A DNA stretch of 64,000 nucleotides from Neodothiora populina. Its lineage: Eukaryota. Below are positions 51,005 through 62,511 of this stretch, one piece after another (the first letter of the stretch is position 1; the number at the start of each line of letters is the position of its first letter). Location of the stretch: positions 930,001 through 994,000 of the forward strand of contig NW_027191417.1 of NCBI RefSeq assembly GCF_041146345.1, written 5' to 3'. A model generated the notes under the pieces. That model saw only the letters and a program-made list of their open reading frames with translations. It was not told where the DNA came from and searched no databases. Both the position numbers and the translations under genes were made by a program.

Positions 51005-52562
51005 ATGAGATCCTCCGCAGTTGCGTGCTCGGTGGCACTGTCGGCCTCTCTGGTCGCTGCCACACCTAGCCCTGTCAAGGTTGAAGCTCGTGCTACTGGC
51101 ACTTCCTCCAGTCTCCCCACTGTCACCGTCAAGGGCAATGCTTTTTTCGCTGGAGATGACCGTTTCTACATTCGCGGTGTAGACTACCAGCCTGGCGGCG
51201 CCTCCGATGCCGTCGACCCTCTTGCCGACGAGGCCACCTGCACACGTGATATCAAGTACTTCAAGCAGCTTGGAATTAACACTGTTCGTGTTTACACGGT
51301 CGACAACTCTGCCAACCACGATGCTTGCATGTCTGCCTTGGCCGATGCTGGCATTTACCTTGCTTTGGGTCCGTGCAATCTCCACAAGTTTGCAAATCAG
51401 TCGACGATCAGCTGCTGACAATTTACCAGATGTGAACACGCCAAAGTACTCTCTCAACCGTGGAGACCCCGCTCCTTCTTACAACGCTGTGTACCTCCAG
51501 AGCCTCTTCGCCACCATTGATGCGTTTTCCAACTACACAAACACTCTTCTCTTCTTCTCTGGAAACGAGGTTATCAACGATGACAAGACCACCAACTGCG
51601 CTCCCTACGTCAAGGCTGTCACTCGCGATCTGAAGCAGTACCGCAACAGTCGCGGCTACAGAGCCATTCCCATCGGTTACTCCGCTGCCGATGTCGACAG
51701 CAACAGATACGAAATGGCCCAGTACATGAACTGCGGCACCGATGACCAGCGCAGTGATTTCTTTGCCTTCAACGACTACTCCTGGTGTTCTCCTTCTTCC
51801 TTCACTCAATCCGGCTGGTCCGCAAAGGTTGAGCAATACGGCAACTACAGTCTGCCTCTATTGTAAGCATTTCGACGCCAGTGACATGCAAACAGAACGC
51901 TAACGTGGCACAACAGCCTTTCCGAGTACGGCTGCAACAAGGGCACTCGTACCTTCGAGGAAGTCGCAGCTCTTTACAACACCGAGATGACCGGTGTGTA
52001 CAGCGGTGGCCTGGTCTACGAGTACTCCGAGGAGGGTAGTGACTACGGTCTGGTCACCATCAGCGGTGACTCCGTCTCCACCAACAACGACTTCACCGCC
52101 TTCGCAAACGAGCTCAAGGAAAACCCTGCACCCCAAGGAGACGGAGGCTACAGATCCGACGGCACCGCTAGCACCTGTCCCGCCAGCAGTGACACCTTCC
52201 AGCTGGATGACTCTAGCTTTGGCGGCCAGGACCTCCCTGCCCTCCCTTCAGGCGCCGCGAAGTACATGAAGCAAGGTGCTGGCACTGGCCCTGGTCTTAC
52301 TGGTGACGGTAGCCAGAACGCTGGCGGCGCTTCTTCTGCCACCGCTACCCCCGGCTCTGGCTCTGCTTCAGTCACCGCTTCCCAAGCTTCTTCCACTGCC
52401 TCGTCCAGCGGTTCCGCTAGCGCTGCCTCTGGCTCTGCTTCCACCTCTGCCTCTACCGCCGCTGCTCCTGGTCTCGTTATCAGGGACGGTATGAGCATGG
52501 CATCTGTTGCCTTCACGGGTGTCATTGCCATTTCCACCCTCCTCGGTGCTTTCCTCTTGTAA
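51005..52562 (+). CDS. GH72 1,3-beta-glucanosyltransferase (Gel/Gas family, no X8 domain), GPI-anchored, 3 exons
   Basis: Signal peptide, RFYIRGVDYQPGG, NTVRVY, catalytic FFSGNEV and LSEYGCN, SGGLVYEY, a Ser/Ala-rich stalk and a hydrophobic C-terminus. Confidence 0.95.
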
Positions 52563-54329
52563 AGTGGGATAGTCGACGTATTCTTCATCATATTCTTGTA
52601 ATTCACCAATGATCCTCGGAGTTTTTGTTCTCGGACATGGCTCGAGGGGCATGTGGTTGCATTTGCGGTGTATTTCTTCTTCTCCGATCAGGATAAAGTG
52701 TTGCATATATTTAAGATTGGTGTTTTTTTTTTAGATAGGTGGAATGCAAAAACACTTCGAAACGTTCACTGCTCATCGTATTCCTTCATTCCAGCCAGCT
52801 TGATTTTTGCTTTCTATCTTCCTTCATCCTGCTTGCAGTGTTCGATGCCAGGCATACTCGCCGCTCACGACAAAAAAAGGTTGATGTTTAACATGCCTTC
52901 GGCCACCCTGTTCATTGATCCCTGACTACATTCGACCGTCGAGGCACCCTCGTTGACACGTCGAGGGCACCTTTCGAGCCTGGGTCGGGCTCTATTTTCA
53001 TTGTAAAAGCATTTCTACGAGATGTGATCCTGGGATGTTCACAATGAGTAGAAGATAGACATGTCAATGATTTCCGAGTGACATCGCACATAACAGTCAT
53101 GTATTGTATTAGTTGTCTTAGGCAAAAAGGTCAACCAGCCAGAAAACCTCGCTCTCTCTCCCCGAGCGCAAAAGGCGAATAATGCAAAGATACTGACAAA
53201 TGCTGCTGGGACAACATGATCGTGCTACCAGCACTTGGCTGTTGGTTCGAGTGACTGAGATGATTCCAAGGCGTATGCACCCCCGTCACCCTGTCCTCGG
53301 TCGCAACTGAGCGAGCTGGAGTGAAGATACACAATGTCAAGCGATGGACAGGGTCGCGCTACCCTCTGACCTCTATGGTCCGTGCGTATATCGAGGGCTA
53401 TACCCAGTCCGAACTACAGCAATCGCCATCATGGATCTATTGGTCACATGTAGCAGACTCATACCGGATTAGCCAACATACACTACCACACACAACTAAT
53501 CTCCTCGTCTCGATGCCGCCGACTCAGCTCCACTGCCCCCCATCTCCGCATCACCATAAACCCCTCGGCGTAAGCTTTGTTTTCTTCTAGAGGCTGCATA
53601 CTATCTGCGACGTGATTATGCCATCCCTGCCTTAGCTTCTTCTCGTCCTCTTTTCCTCCCCCTCTTTTTCCCGCTCAAGTGTGGTGTGCTACAGAATGAA
53701 GGTGTGGACAATCAGATTTGTTCATAGGAGACTTATATACATGCATGTATAACGCATTACATGAAAATGGAGAATGGAAAGGCATCCTTCTCATGCAAAC
53801 ACTATACAGGAACAGCCAATGCAATCTATGTACAGTAATTGTGAATGCAGAGGCAGTGTTGGCCAATCTCGAAACCCTCCTTTCCCCCTCACCCCGCTAA
53901 ATACAGAACCCACTATTGCCATCTCTGCTATTGATGGCTCTTTCCTCCTCCTAACCCCCCAATCTGCATGACTTGCTGTATATGCATGTATGCATGCATG
54001 CACGCGCAGAGTCAGACGTACAGTAGTACTGTAGTAGTCTAAGTGACATTACATGCGTACGTGCGTACGTGCGTGCGGGCGTGCGCGTGCCAGCGTGCGT
54101 TCGTCGTTTGGCGAGTATGTGGGGGTTGGTTTAGTTAGTGGGGTGCGTTGCCCTCTCCGTCTTTTTCTTATAGTGGGAAGGAGACCACATGAAGTTTATG
54201 AAGAGTTGACTGCATGGTTGCTTGTTGCACGAACGCGCACTACTGCGGGCTCGGCTTATAAATTACTGTACCGTGCGATCTGACATCTCGATGAACGATG
54301 AGATGCGATTCTCTGTTCTGCTTCTTCGT

Positions 54330-54349
54330 GATTGATTGATTGATTGATT
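54330..54349. repeat. (GATT)5 microsatellite
   Basis: Direct reading of the sequence. Confidence 0.85.
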
Positions 54350-55773
54350 GTCTGACTCGTTCGTCGACTTTTCAATTGGTGTTGACTGGGGTTGTGAGAT
54401 CTGACTTGGTACTGTCGTATGTACAGTACCTCTGGTGACCTGCTCTCTCACCTTCGCGCACTTCCCTAAGCAACACCCCCTCCTTCATCTTTGGAGGGCA
54501 CCATGACCTTGTAAGGAAGATGACTGGCGGCGCAGGGATTCTTCCTTGGAATGTAGTGATTACCATGCCACGTGCGAGTCGCACGTTTTTACATGGCGAA
54601 GTGAACGTAGCATAAAAAGTACGGTCAGTACCTGTACTAATCACCGTACCTACCTCACTGTAAAATGTACTCCTCGTACCTTGGCCTGTGCCGCGGAACA
54701 TCTTCAAGATACGAGCACAGATTCCACACTGGGGTACCTAAAGAGTAGTGGTAGCGATTCATTCATTGTTGTTCTGGGGTCGCTCCACATGCTAGCTAGC
54801 ATCACCTCTACAGCAAAAGCAAGGTAGATCCTATGATGCGTTGATTATATCCCGCGTGAGCCAGAGAGCTTACGCGCACACATGAGATCTGCCTGTCGCC
54901 TACAGAAGGTCAAAGGGAAGATGACCCAAGGTCGCTGATCAGTCATCAGCAGCATCATCAGTATCAAGAACCATCGAATCGTGGATTTCATCGGAGAAAA
55001 GTGCGAAGGGGTTGCTGCGCTGGCGTTGGCATTTTGTTGGTCGATCAGTTATCGGTACGGTACAGTCTTTTCGCAAACGACCAGGAGGGGTGCGATATCT
55101 TATTGTTCCTGGAGGAAGAGGGGGAAGCTTGGCTGTTGCGCTACGTGTTTTGTACCTCTGTGTCCCTGATCATTAAGAGTAAGATTGAGATGCGCTCGAT
55201 ACGAACCTCACGTGTCTTTCCATTGGTGCGTTTGAACGGGATAAACAAACCAATAGACGCTGCCCCCGAGGGAAAAGTTTTCGTCGCTCGTAGTTGCCGT
55301 GCTACTAGTCTATTCACATTCAGAGTTTCCCTGCGTCGTATCAGGTCCGAGGAGCGAAGAGAGAGGAAAACAATATCTTCTCAGTATCAGATGTTTTAGT
55401 CATGCACCAGTCTGACAGGAATAGCCGAATATGAAGAATGTGGTTGCCACGCGTGACTTGCTTTATTTTAGAACTTCTATATACAACAAACTTTGGTCTA
55501 TGAGCGAGTTATATAAACATCAAATCGTGAAAATTCCGAATGCCGAAAATGCTGACATGTTCCTGGCGCGCTGGTTTACACCTCATAACAAGAGGTCCAG
55601 ATAGCATAGCAAGTAGAGATGAAGAAGAGAAAAGAAAAAGTAAAGGAGAGGTGACGATCCCAGTGCAGCAAAGCGTGGGTGTCCATGCGAAAGGCGATGC
55701 TGATGGAGAACGGATGGGTATGAAACTAAAATCAAAGGTGCCTCGCGGCTCTTTCGCTGGCTTTGCCACCGAA

Positions 55774-57184
55774 CTAATCAAGTTTAGGGGTGTGTGCACG
55801 TGTACTGAGCGGGGTGCCTTCAGTAGAATCCAAAGCACTTCCTTCGAGTGCTTTGCTGATCGAAGCGATGTCATGCAAAGACTTCTTGTGCTCACGCTCG
55901 ATGCCGTGGAGTACAGCTTCAAGCACGTTGTCGACAGTTGCCTTAGGAACAAACTTGGGGGTAGTGCCCTCCTGGTACACACCGGTTCGGACAAGGATGG
56001 AGTACCAAGTTTGTTCTGATTGCTTGTTGAACTCATTGGTGCCGCGGACATCAGACTCAGGAGTGTCTCCAACGAAGTAGACAGTGTCAGGAGGTGCGTC
56101 AATACCGTGGGTGTCCTTTCTCCACTGCTGGAGAAGGCGGGTTGCGAACTGGAAAGTACCGATTTGCGGTTTGCCGTAGGCAGTCGTGTTCAGAGTCTTG
56201 CCAGTGACAGCCTTGTACATAGCTTCCAGACTAACGCGAAGAGCTCCCATGCCGAGACGAGTGAGATCGTGAGATGCTGACCAGACGACGTCGTTGTGAG
56301 AGAAGAAAACTGGGGGACCTTCGTCGAAGGTCTCAGAGCGAGTGCCAAGGACACCACCTTTAGACATGAGGAGATCAAGGATGATCTGCTGGTCACTGGC
56401 CCAGTCTCTGCTATCAGCGAATACAAAGATAGCCTCGATGACAGTCTTTGAGAAATCCCTAGTCCGGGAGTTGTCCCATTCCTCTTGGGTCAACTTGCGG
56501 AAAGGAGTCGTATCGGCGTTGTCCTTGATGATGTCTCCAGGTGTGACGACATCCTTGAAACCATAGCCTTCGGCGACGATACGGCATTTCTCGCCTTCTC
56601 CTCCGATGACGAGAACAGTGTTGTACTTGTTAGCCATCTCACGCATTGGAGTATGGCCACAAATGAATTGACCAGGTGAGACTTCGATTTCCATTTGCTT
56701 GCTGAGCTGAATGCAGCGCTCTTGCTCGGTCTTGCCACCACCATTCGTGACGAAAATGTAAGGGCTGGTGCAAAGATTGGTAAGAATCATTAATGGAGTG
56801 TTGGCAACGGAACAAGACTTACATTTTAATACCGTACTGGTTCTGGCCATTCAGAACCTTCATCGCTTCGATTGCTTCCGGGATGGGGCGACCACCACGG
56901 ATCAACACGCCATCAATATCGAATGCAAAAGCATATTTGTCAGTGACAGCGCTCTCTGGAGGCGTTTCCGGTTCGGCAAGCGGATCATTGAATGCGTCCA
57001 GTTCCTGTCGAGCCAGCTCCATGGATGCCGCGATACCAAGCGCATCTGATGGGGCCATAAGGTGCTGAGGAGGCACAACCACCGTAGGACCACGAGTCAA
57101 GGAATCGGTGGTCGCATCTTCACTCGAGAGTCTCCGAATGGTACGTGGCCTTGTAGGCCTTGCAAGGGGGGCTTGACTAGTCAT
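55774..57184 (-). CDS. HAD-superfamily IIA hydrolase, CECR5/HDHD5-like, 2 exons
   Basis: Motif I AFDIDGVL, motif II FVTNGGG, GKP, and motif IV FVGDTPESDVRG, plus SILVRTGVY. The intron lies at about 56822-56766. Confidence 0.92.
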
Positions 57185-59248
57185 CTTGATAAATAGTATG
57201 TACAAAGAATGTCTCTTGAGTAAACAAATGGGTCTGGGGAACTTGACAGGAAAAAAAGAAGCGGATAGACCGATTGAGGAGGTGGGGGAAGAGGAACTTA
57301 AAATAAAAAAAAAATGTTGCAGGAAAGGACACGACAGGCTTTATATCACAGTACACTCGAAACCACTCAACGAACGATGGCATTAGAGGCCTCTTTCAAC
57401 TAACGGTAGCAGCCCCGACGCATGCTCAGCGTCTTTGGAGCCCCTCAGAGGCTATGATTCGGTTGTAGTGGGGCAAATTGGTGACGGCGTGAGCGCCTAG
57501 CGCGCACCCTATCTCTGGTCCTCCGATCTGGGCAATTCTCGATGGCAGCATAATTTTCCAAAACATCCTTGGGGGCCTAAAGAAGTATCCGCTACTTTGC
57601 AAAGATCGAGGTAAAGTACTGTACCTCCCTTATACCGCGAAGATAAGTTTTCATTCGTCACACAAGCCGACGATTCCCGTCCACCTGAATGCTTCAATTG
57701 CCTGTAAAAGGCGCATGGGTATGGTTGCGAGTGCCTTATTCGCGTGCAGTAAGCCATCAATGACGTCAGGCGCACATGGTTGAGCCTGTTGAACCCCAAG
57801 GGGCGGAGCCGTCTGGGCACGTCGACAGACGCATTCACTTACCTCGCAAGTCGAGGTTTGATGTCAGACATCCTATCGCAATTGTGGAAACGTTGAAGTC
57901 ATAGTATTATTGTGTATGGTAAATTGCGTGTCATATGAGTCGGAAGGCAGTATTGATTGTGTACTTGTACGTGTATAGTATGTCTCGATTGACGTGATAT
58001 TCCTTGCGGGGGATAATGCTTCATTAACCTGTTTTCGAGCTGATAGGAATACTGCAACTTTGTTGGTCTAAGTGCATTTGGTCACTCAACCAATGCGCTC
58101 GTTCAAGGAGCAGAACGTACTTTCAGTTCAAGAAGTAAGTTATATAACTTATGCATATGATTCATCATTATCGCTTTATGTGCCGGCATAGTAAGACAAA
58201 CGGATTGTACTCAGTTGTCACAGACTATGATAATAAGATAACCCGAAGGTTGAGGATCGGGTCTTCGAATTGATGTTTGTCACAGAGGCTGAAGTGGCGC
58301 ACTTCCGGCTTTGTCTGTGTGTAAATGATGGAGTGGCGCCGTCGCGCGTCGGCAACCGGGACTCGAGATACTCCCAATCGAAGGATACGCCCCAGGCAAA
58401 AATCCCCCAAGATGATCGAGAAGGGCCCGCCCTCGCTACGAGTGGACGTCGTTTGGCGTACATCAATGCACGATCTTGTCAAGGCTCTTATTCGCTTGCA
58501 CATGTTATTGTGTCGCTCACTACAACGCAACCCAACCCGCATTAGTTGTATAAAATGAACATAGGGCTTCACCTCCGATAAGTGGCCCATACCTCTGCTT
58601 GCCTCTCATCTTGACCGCTTCGTCTTCTATAGACCTGCTGCCTATATTACCCGTGGTGCAATTATGATGGCAGGGCCGTACTTCATTCAGTTGTCAATGT
58701 TGCCTACCTATCCTACTTTGGAGGTGGTATATTGATCGCCTCAGACGTCATGCTTCTGGGCCGCGATAGAGTGGCAATCAAGCACATCTTCAGTGGGTCG
58801 TGATGCGCCCGCCTCCCCGGTCGTCTTATCGTATCGTTATATGTGTACACAGTGCTCGTGCATAAGTCGTATGATAGCAATGAAGGATTTGGAGTGCGTT
58901 GTGCTATGCAGAAATGGGCACACGTTTCTCGACGAGCTAAGTTTCCACAATGCCACTGATGCTTCTTGCCGTCTTCGAAACCTCAAGTGACCCGATAAAT
59001 TTCATATACACATGTACAATATGTAAGGGAGTGAAAAAAGTTACAGCAACTCTACATCTGGTGCTCGAGGAATATGCCCACTGGAGGAAGGGGCGAACGG
59101 GCGTAGTTGCAGATTGGCACAACCCCACGTGCTTCAGGTACCTTATGCAGGCATCCACTATTCCTCCGGGAAAACAACAACACCTCTGCTCAGGATTCTA
59201 GTGCTACTACTGTGGTCACTGTGTTTTTAGTCCATCAAAAGATCAAAC

Positions 59249-60031
59249 ATGAACTGGACTGGTGGGAACCTCAGCCGAGTGTCCAAGGGTGGGAACAGTG
59301 GCTTGATGTATCGTCAAAAAGCTTTCTTTGCAAAAGCCCGTCCACAGCTCCTCCATGGCACTGCTACGTCTCACGCGATACATGACTTGGACATCGTACA
59401 ATCTCCTGTTGATGTACCTACAGCCCAAGACAGGTCGGCAAGAACTACCATTGTTCTAGCAAATGGGCCACCAGAGCCTCTTGGAAACATCAATGGAGGA
59501 CAATTTGATCAAGCTACTTCTGATCACACATGCCAGATGACGGACTTCGGGCCTACAACATCTCATGATGTTAACAAGCAGTATCTACTGAGTCTGCCGG
59601 ACTGGCTCGGCATTGGAGCCATACCACTTGGAAGGTCGAACAGCAAGAAGGGTAGCCATGGAGAACGGCGCAAGAAACAACGTACCGAACTGCTTTCTCG
59701 AAGGAAGCACCGGCCGATTATTCCTAGGTCACCACTGTTCCCACCTTCCATCTATACCGCAAAGGCTGGCGCAGCTTCGACAACCATCGTGGAGGCTTGT
59801 TCAGGTGGTGGAAACACTGGCGTAGTCGCCTCCCATATGAGGGAATTACCGTCTGGTAGTCACACACCTCACGAGAGGGCGACGGTAGATCTGCGTAAAA
59901 TGTTTGCGAGCACGCCAAGGACAGATACAGATAACCGAAAAGGGGACGGCGACGGCGTGGTCTACCCTACGTCTACAGAGATGAACTTCGCAGGACTACA
60001 AGATGCGATAACGCAAGTCCAACACTTATGA
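59249..60031 (+). CDS. Hypothetical protein with N-terminal MNWTGG...RQK.FFAK motif (REDIC1/C12orf40/HEIP1-like); 3' end uncertain
   Basis: Starts MNWTGGNLSRVSKGGNSGLMYRQKAFFAKAR in a good start context and has an internal LLSLPDWLGI block. The rest is disordered. Confidence 0.6.
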   Translation: MNWTGGNLSRVSKGGNSGLMYRQKAFFAKARPQLLHGTATSHAIHDLDIVQSPVDVPTAQDRSARTTIVLANGPPEPLGNINGGQFDQATSDHTCQMTDFGPTTSHDVNKQYLLSLPDWLGIGAIPLGRSNSKKGSHGERRKKQRTELLSRRKHRPIIPRSPLFPPSIYTAKAGAASTTIVEACSGGGNTGVVASHMRELPSGSHTPHERATVDLRKMFASTPRTDTDNRKGDGDGVVYPTSTEMNFAGLQDAITQVQHL

Positions 60032-62511
60032 GCATGAGAACAGTTATGCAGCCTCTGATATGACCTCCGCTGAAATCCATAAGCACTCCCAACGAGAAGT
60101 TGCAAAGGCCGGAGACGTTTCTGAAGCCGACGAACATAGCAAAGTGAGCTTGTGCGATGCTCTCTTGACATCCAACAGCAATGCTTTATACCAGGTTACC
60201 ATGTATGCAGGCTGGGAATGCCTACTGGAGCTGGATCTCACCCATGAAAGCGATGCTGAACATGCCAAACCCACTAGGCCATGATCTTTTTGAACCAACT
60301 CTGGTGCATATGACGACCTTCAAACTCATTAGGCGAACAAGAGTGGATCGGCGCTGGTTACCCGCCAATATTGCTTGGAAGTAAAACCTGTTCTTTACTG
60401 AGCATGTGAAGGTAAGGACACTCCTTGGGAAACTCTGAAACGTCCTCCCATGTTTTGCTTCCTACCAATACTTTTGCATCCTTGACAAAACCAAAAGCAT
60501 ATAACGCCTCTTCACGTTTGGTAGTCGTACTTGCGCGGACGAATCCGCCGTGCTCCAATTAAAGCGAAGTCGGATGATCATAGACATCGTTGGTCATCCT
60601 CATACCGTCCGAGAAAATCATGGATGTTATTCAACATGATCAGTACCTGTAACGTTGATCTTGCTGATACCAGTAATGTGAGGGGAAGGGGAACCTCGTT
60701 CTGGGTCCACTGCTTCCTATTGGCTCAACTGTAGTCTCATCAAATTCGAAACGAGTTACTTTGCGCATCGCGAAACAGCCCTAACAAATTCGAGAAAAAG
60801 AAAAGAAGTACAGCGTGGTGTTCGTATGCTGCACAAAATTTCACTTTAGGCTGCTGTAGGGAATGATTCTCAGGTGACACGGAAGCTCAGGCAGTGTTCG
60901 TGACTCGGAAGACTGGCAAGGCAAGATGAGAGCGTGGGGAAGCGAGCCTCTGGCGTAATCCTGCCTCCGGAGCTCCTCGGAGCCTGAAAATGCAATCAGG
61001 GGTTTAAAACGGGTGAGAGAGCGGATGCAGAGTGCTGGCCGAAAGCTTGTCTTGCCAGAATCAAAAGGACTTGACGATAGAAATATTATTCATGCTGCAC
61101 TGCTGCTTGCCTCGGATGGTAATCTGCGTCTGGGTCGAACCGCTCCACATCAGGTAATTATCCCAAGGTCACGAGGCTTGGACCGTTCGTGCCTGTCGCC
61201 CAAGGGGTTGTAAAACCGACCCCGACCATTCGGGACCCAAGGCCAAGGAAATCCCCTCTGAACCTTTAACCCTGGCCTGGTACGTATTTGACCAGGATTG
61301 TCATTGGTGAAGAGCTAGCTGTCGCAACCTGCCCGTGGCCGACGAAAGCTTGGGACTTGTTTCATTCAGAATACTCGTAGATCTGTATTATATGTAAAGT
61401 GCGACAATAAAGAAAATCGAAGCCGCATGGAAGGATGCAATTCCACATAGGGCAGAGTCCGGCTATAACAGATGTCATCATTCCTGCTCGCCGAGATTTG
61501 TTTTTAGAAGCACAGTTAACTATCTGCACGTTAAAGCAGAAGAAATGCGCCTACGAGAGTCAGGCCGCAGATCATGAAACGGTCCCGGCGCGCTAGTGCG
61601 TATGACAGCTATACATGGAGGGGGACCAAGCCCGCCTTTTCCAGACACTTTTTACGCGTCGTGCCTGCTGTTTCGAGAGTATCGCATGAGCGCGTTTCAC
61701 CAGGTGTGTCTGTAAGAGGGGGGTCAAGTGCCTTGGATTCTGTATAAGCGGCGTGATAGCAGGGACAAAACACATCAAGGGCAAAAATCACACTACACCA
61801 CCACTACCCTTGGAAGGAATCCCAGGGCATAAAGGAACACGGAGTGATCATCTCCCGTTCCTTGGCATGCTAATGGGAGTCAATTTCAAAAGCACCGCAC
61901 CCGTGGACCTCATCATTTCTTCTTCTGCGAGGACCACTTGCTCTCTTGTATTTCTCGTGTCTCTTTCTCGTGTGCCAAAGTCCTGACCATTGTCATTCCC
62001 TTTGAAAGTTTCCTTTTTTTCCTTGACTTATATCTCGTATTCCGCTACAAGTGTTAGTGTTCAGTAATCGACCAGCTGCGCTGCCAGCGAAACTTCTTGG
62101 ACAATCAATTGCGCATTACAGCCTTACGACGCCAAATCCGATCCACCGTGCATCTGCATCCTGCGTCACACACACCACTTGAGTCCAACACCGCCTAGAG
62201 GCCCTGGAGTGCCACGTTTTTCTGAGCCTTGGAGCTGCGCAGCCTGCGCCCTGCAACAGAAAGTAGTACATCATTTACGCCGCGCGCAGGCAATCTGTAT
62301 CAACAAATTTCACGGACAACACATCCGGATAGGCTGGATCCTGTCAATCTCCATTCCTGTGTTGGCCAGTAATTTCTCACTTCCTCCCAAGCAGGCATTC
62401 GCAACTTCAGATCATGCGTCGTTAAGTGCCCAAGAAATCCTCGTGAGCTTTCTCCCGCTTTAGGCCGACAATGCGTCAAGCTCTTAGCTACACGGCTTTA
62501 CAACATCAGAC

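Noticed and set aside
52937..52972. Short direct and inverted repeats (gtcgaggcacc / ccctcg...cgaggg)
   Set aside because: Only 6-11 bp, with no larger structure or additional copies seen.
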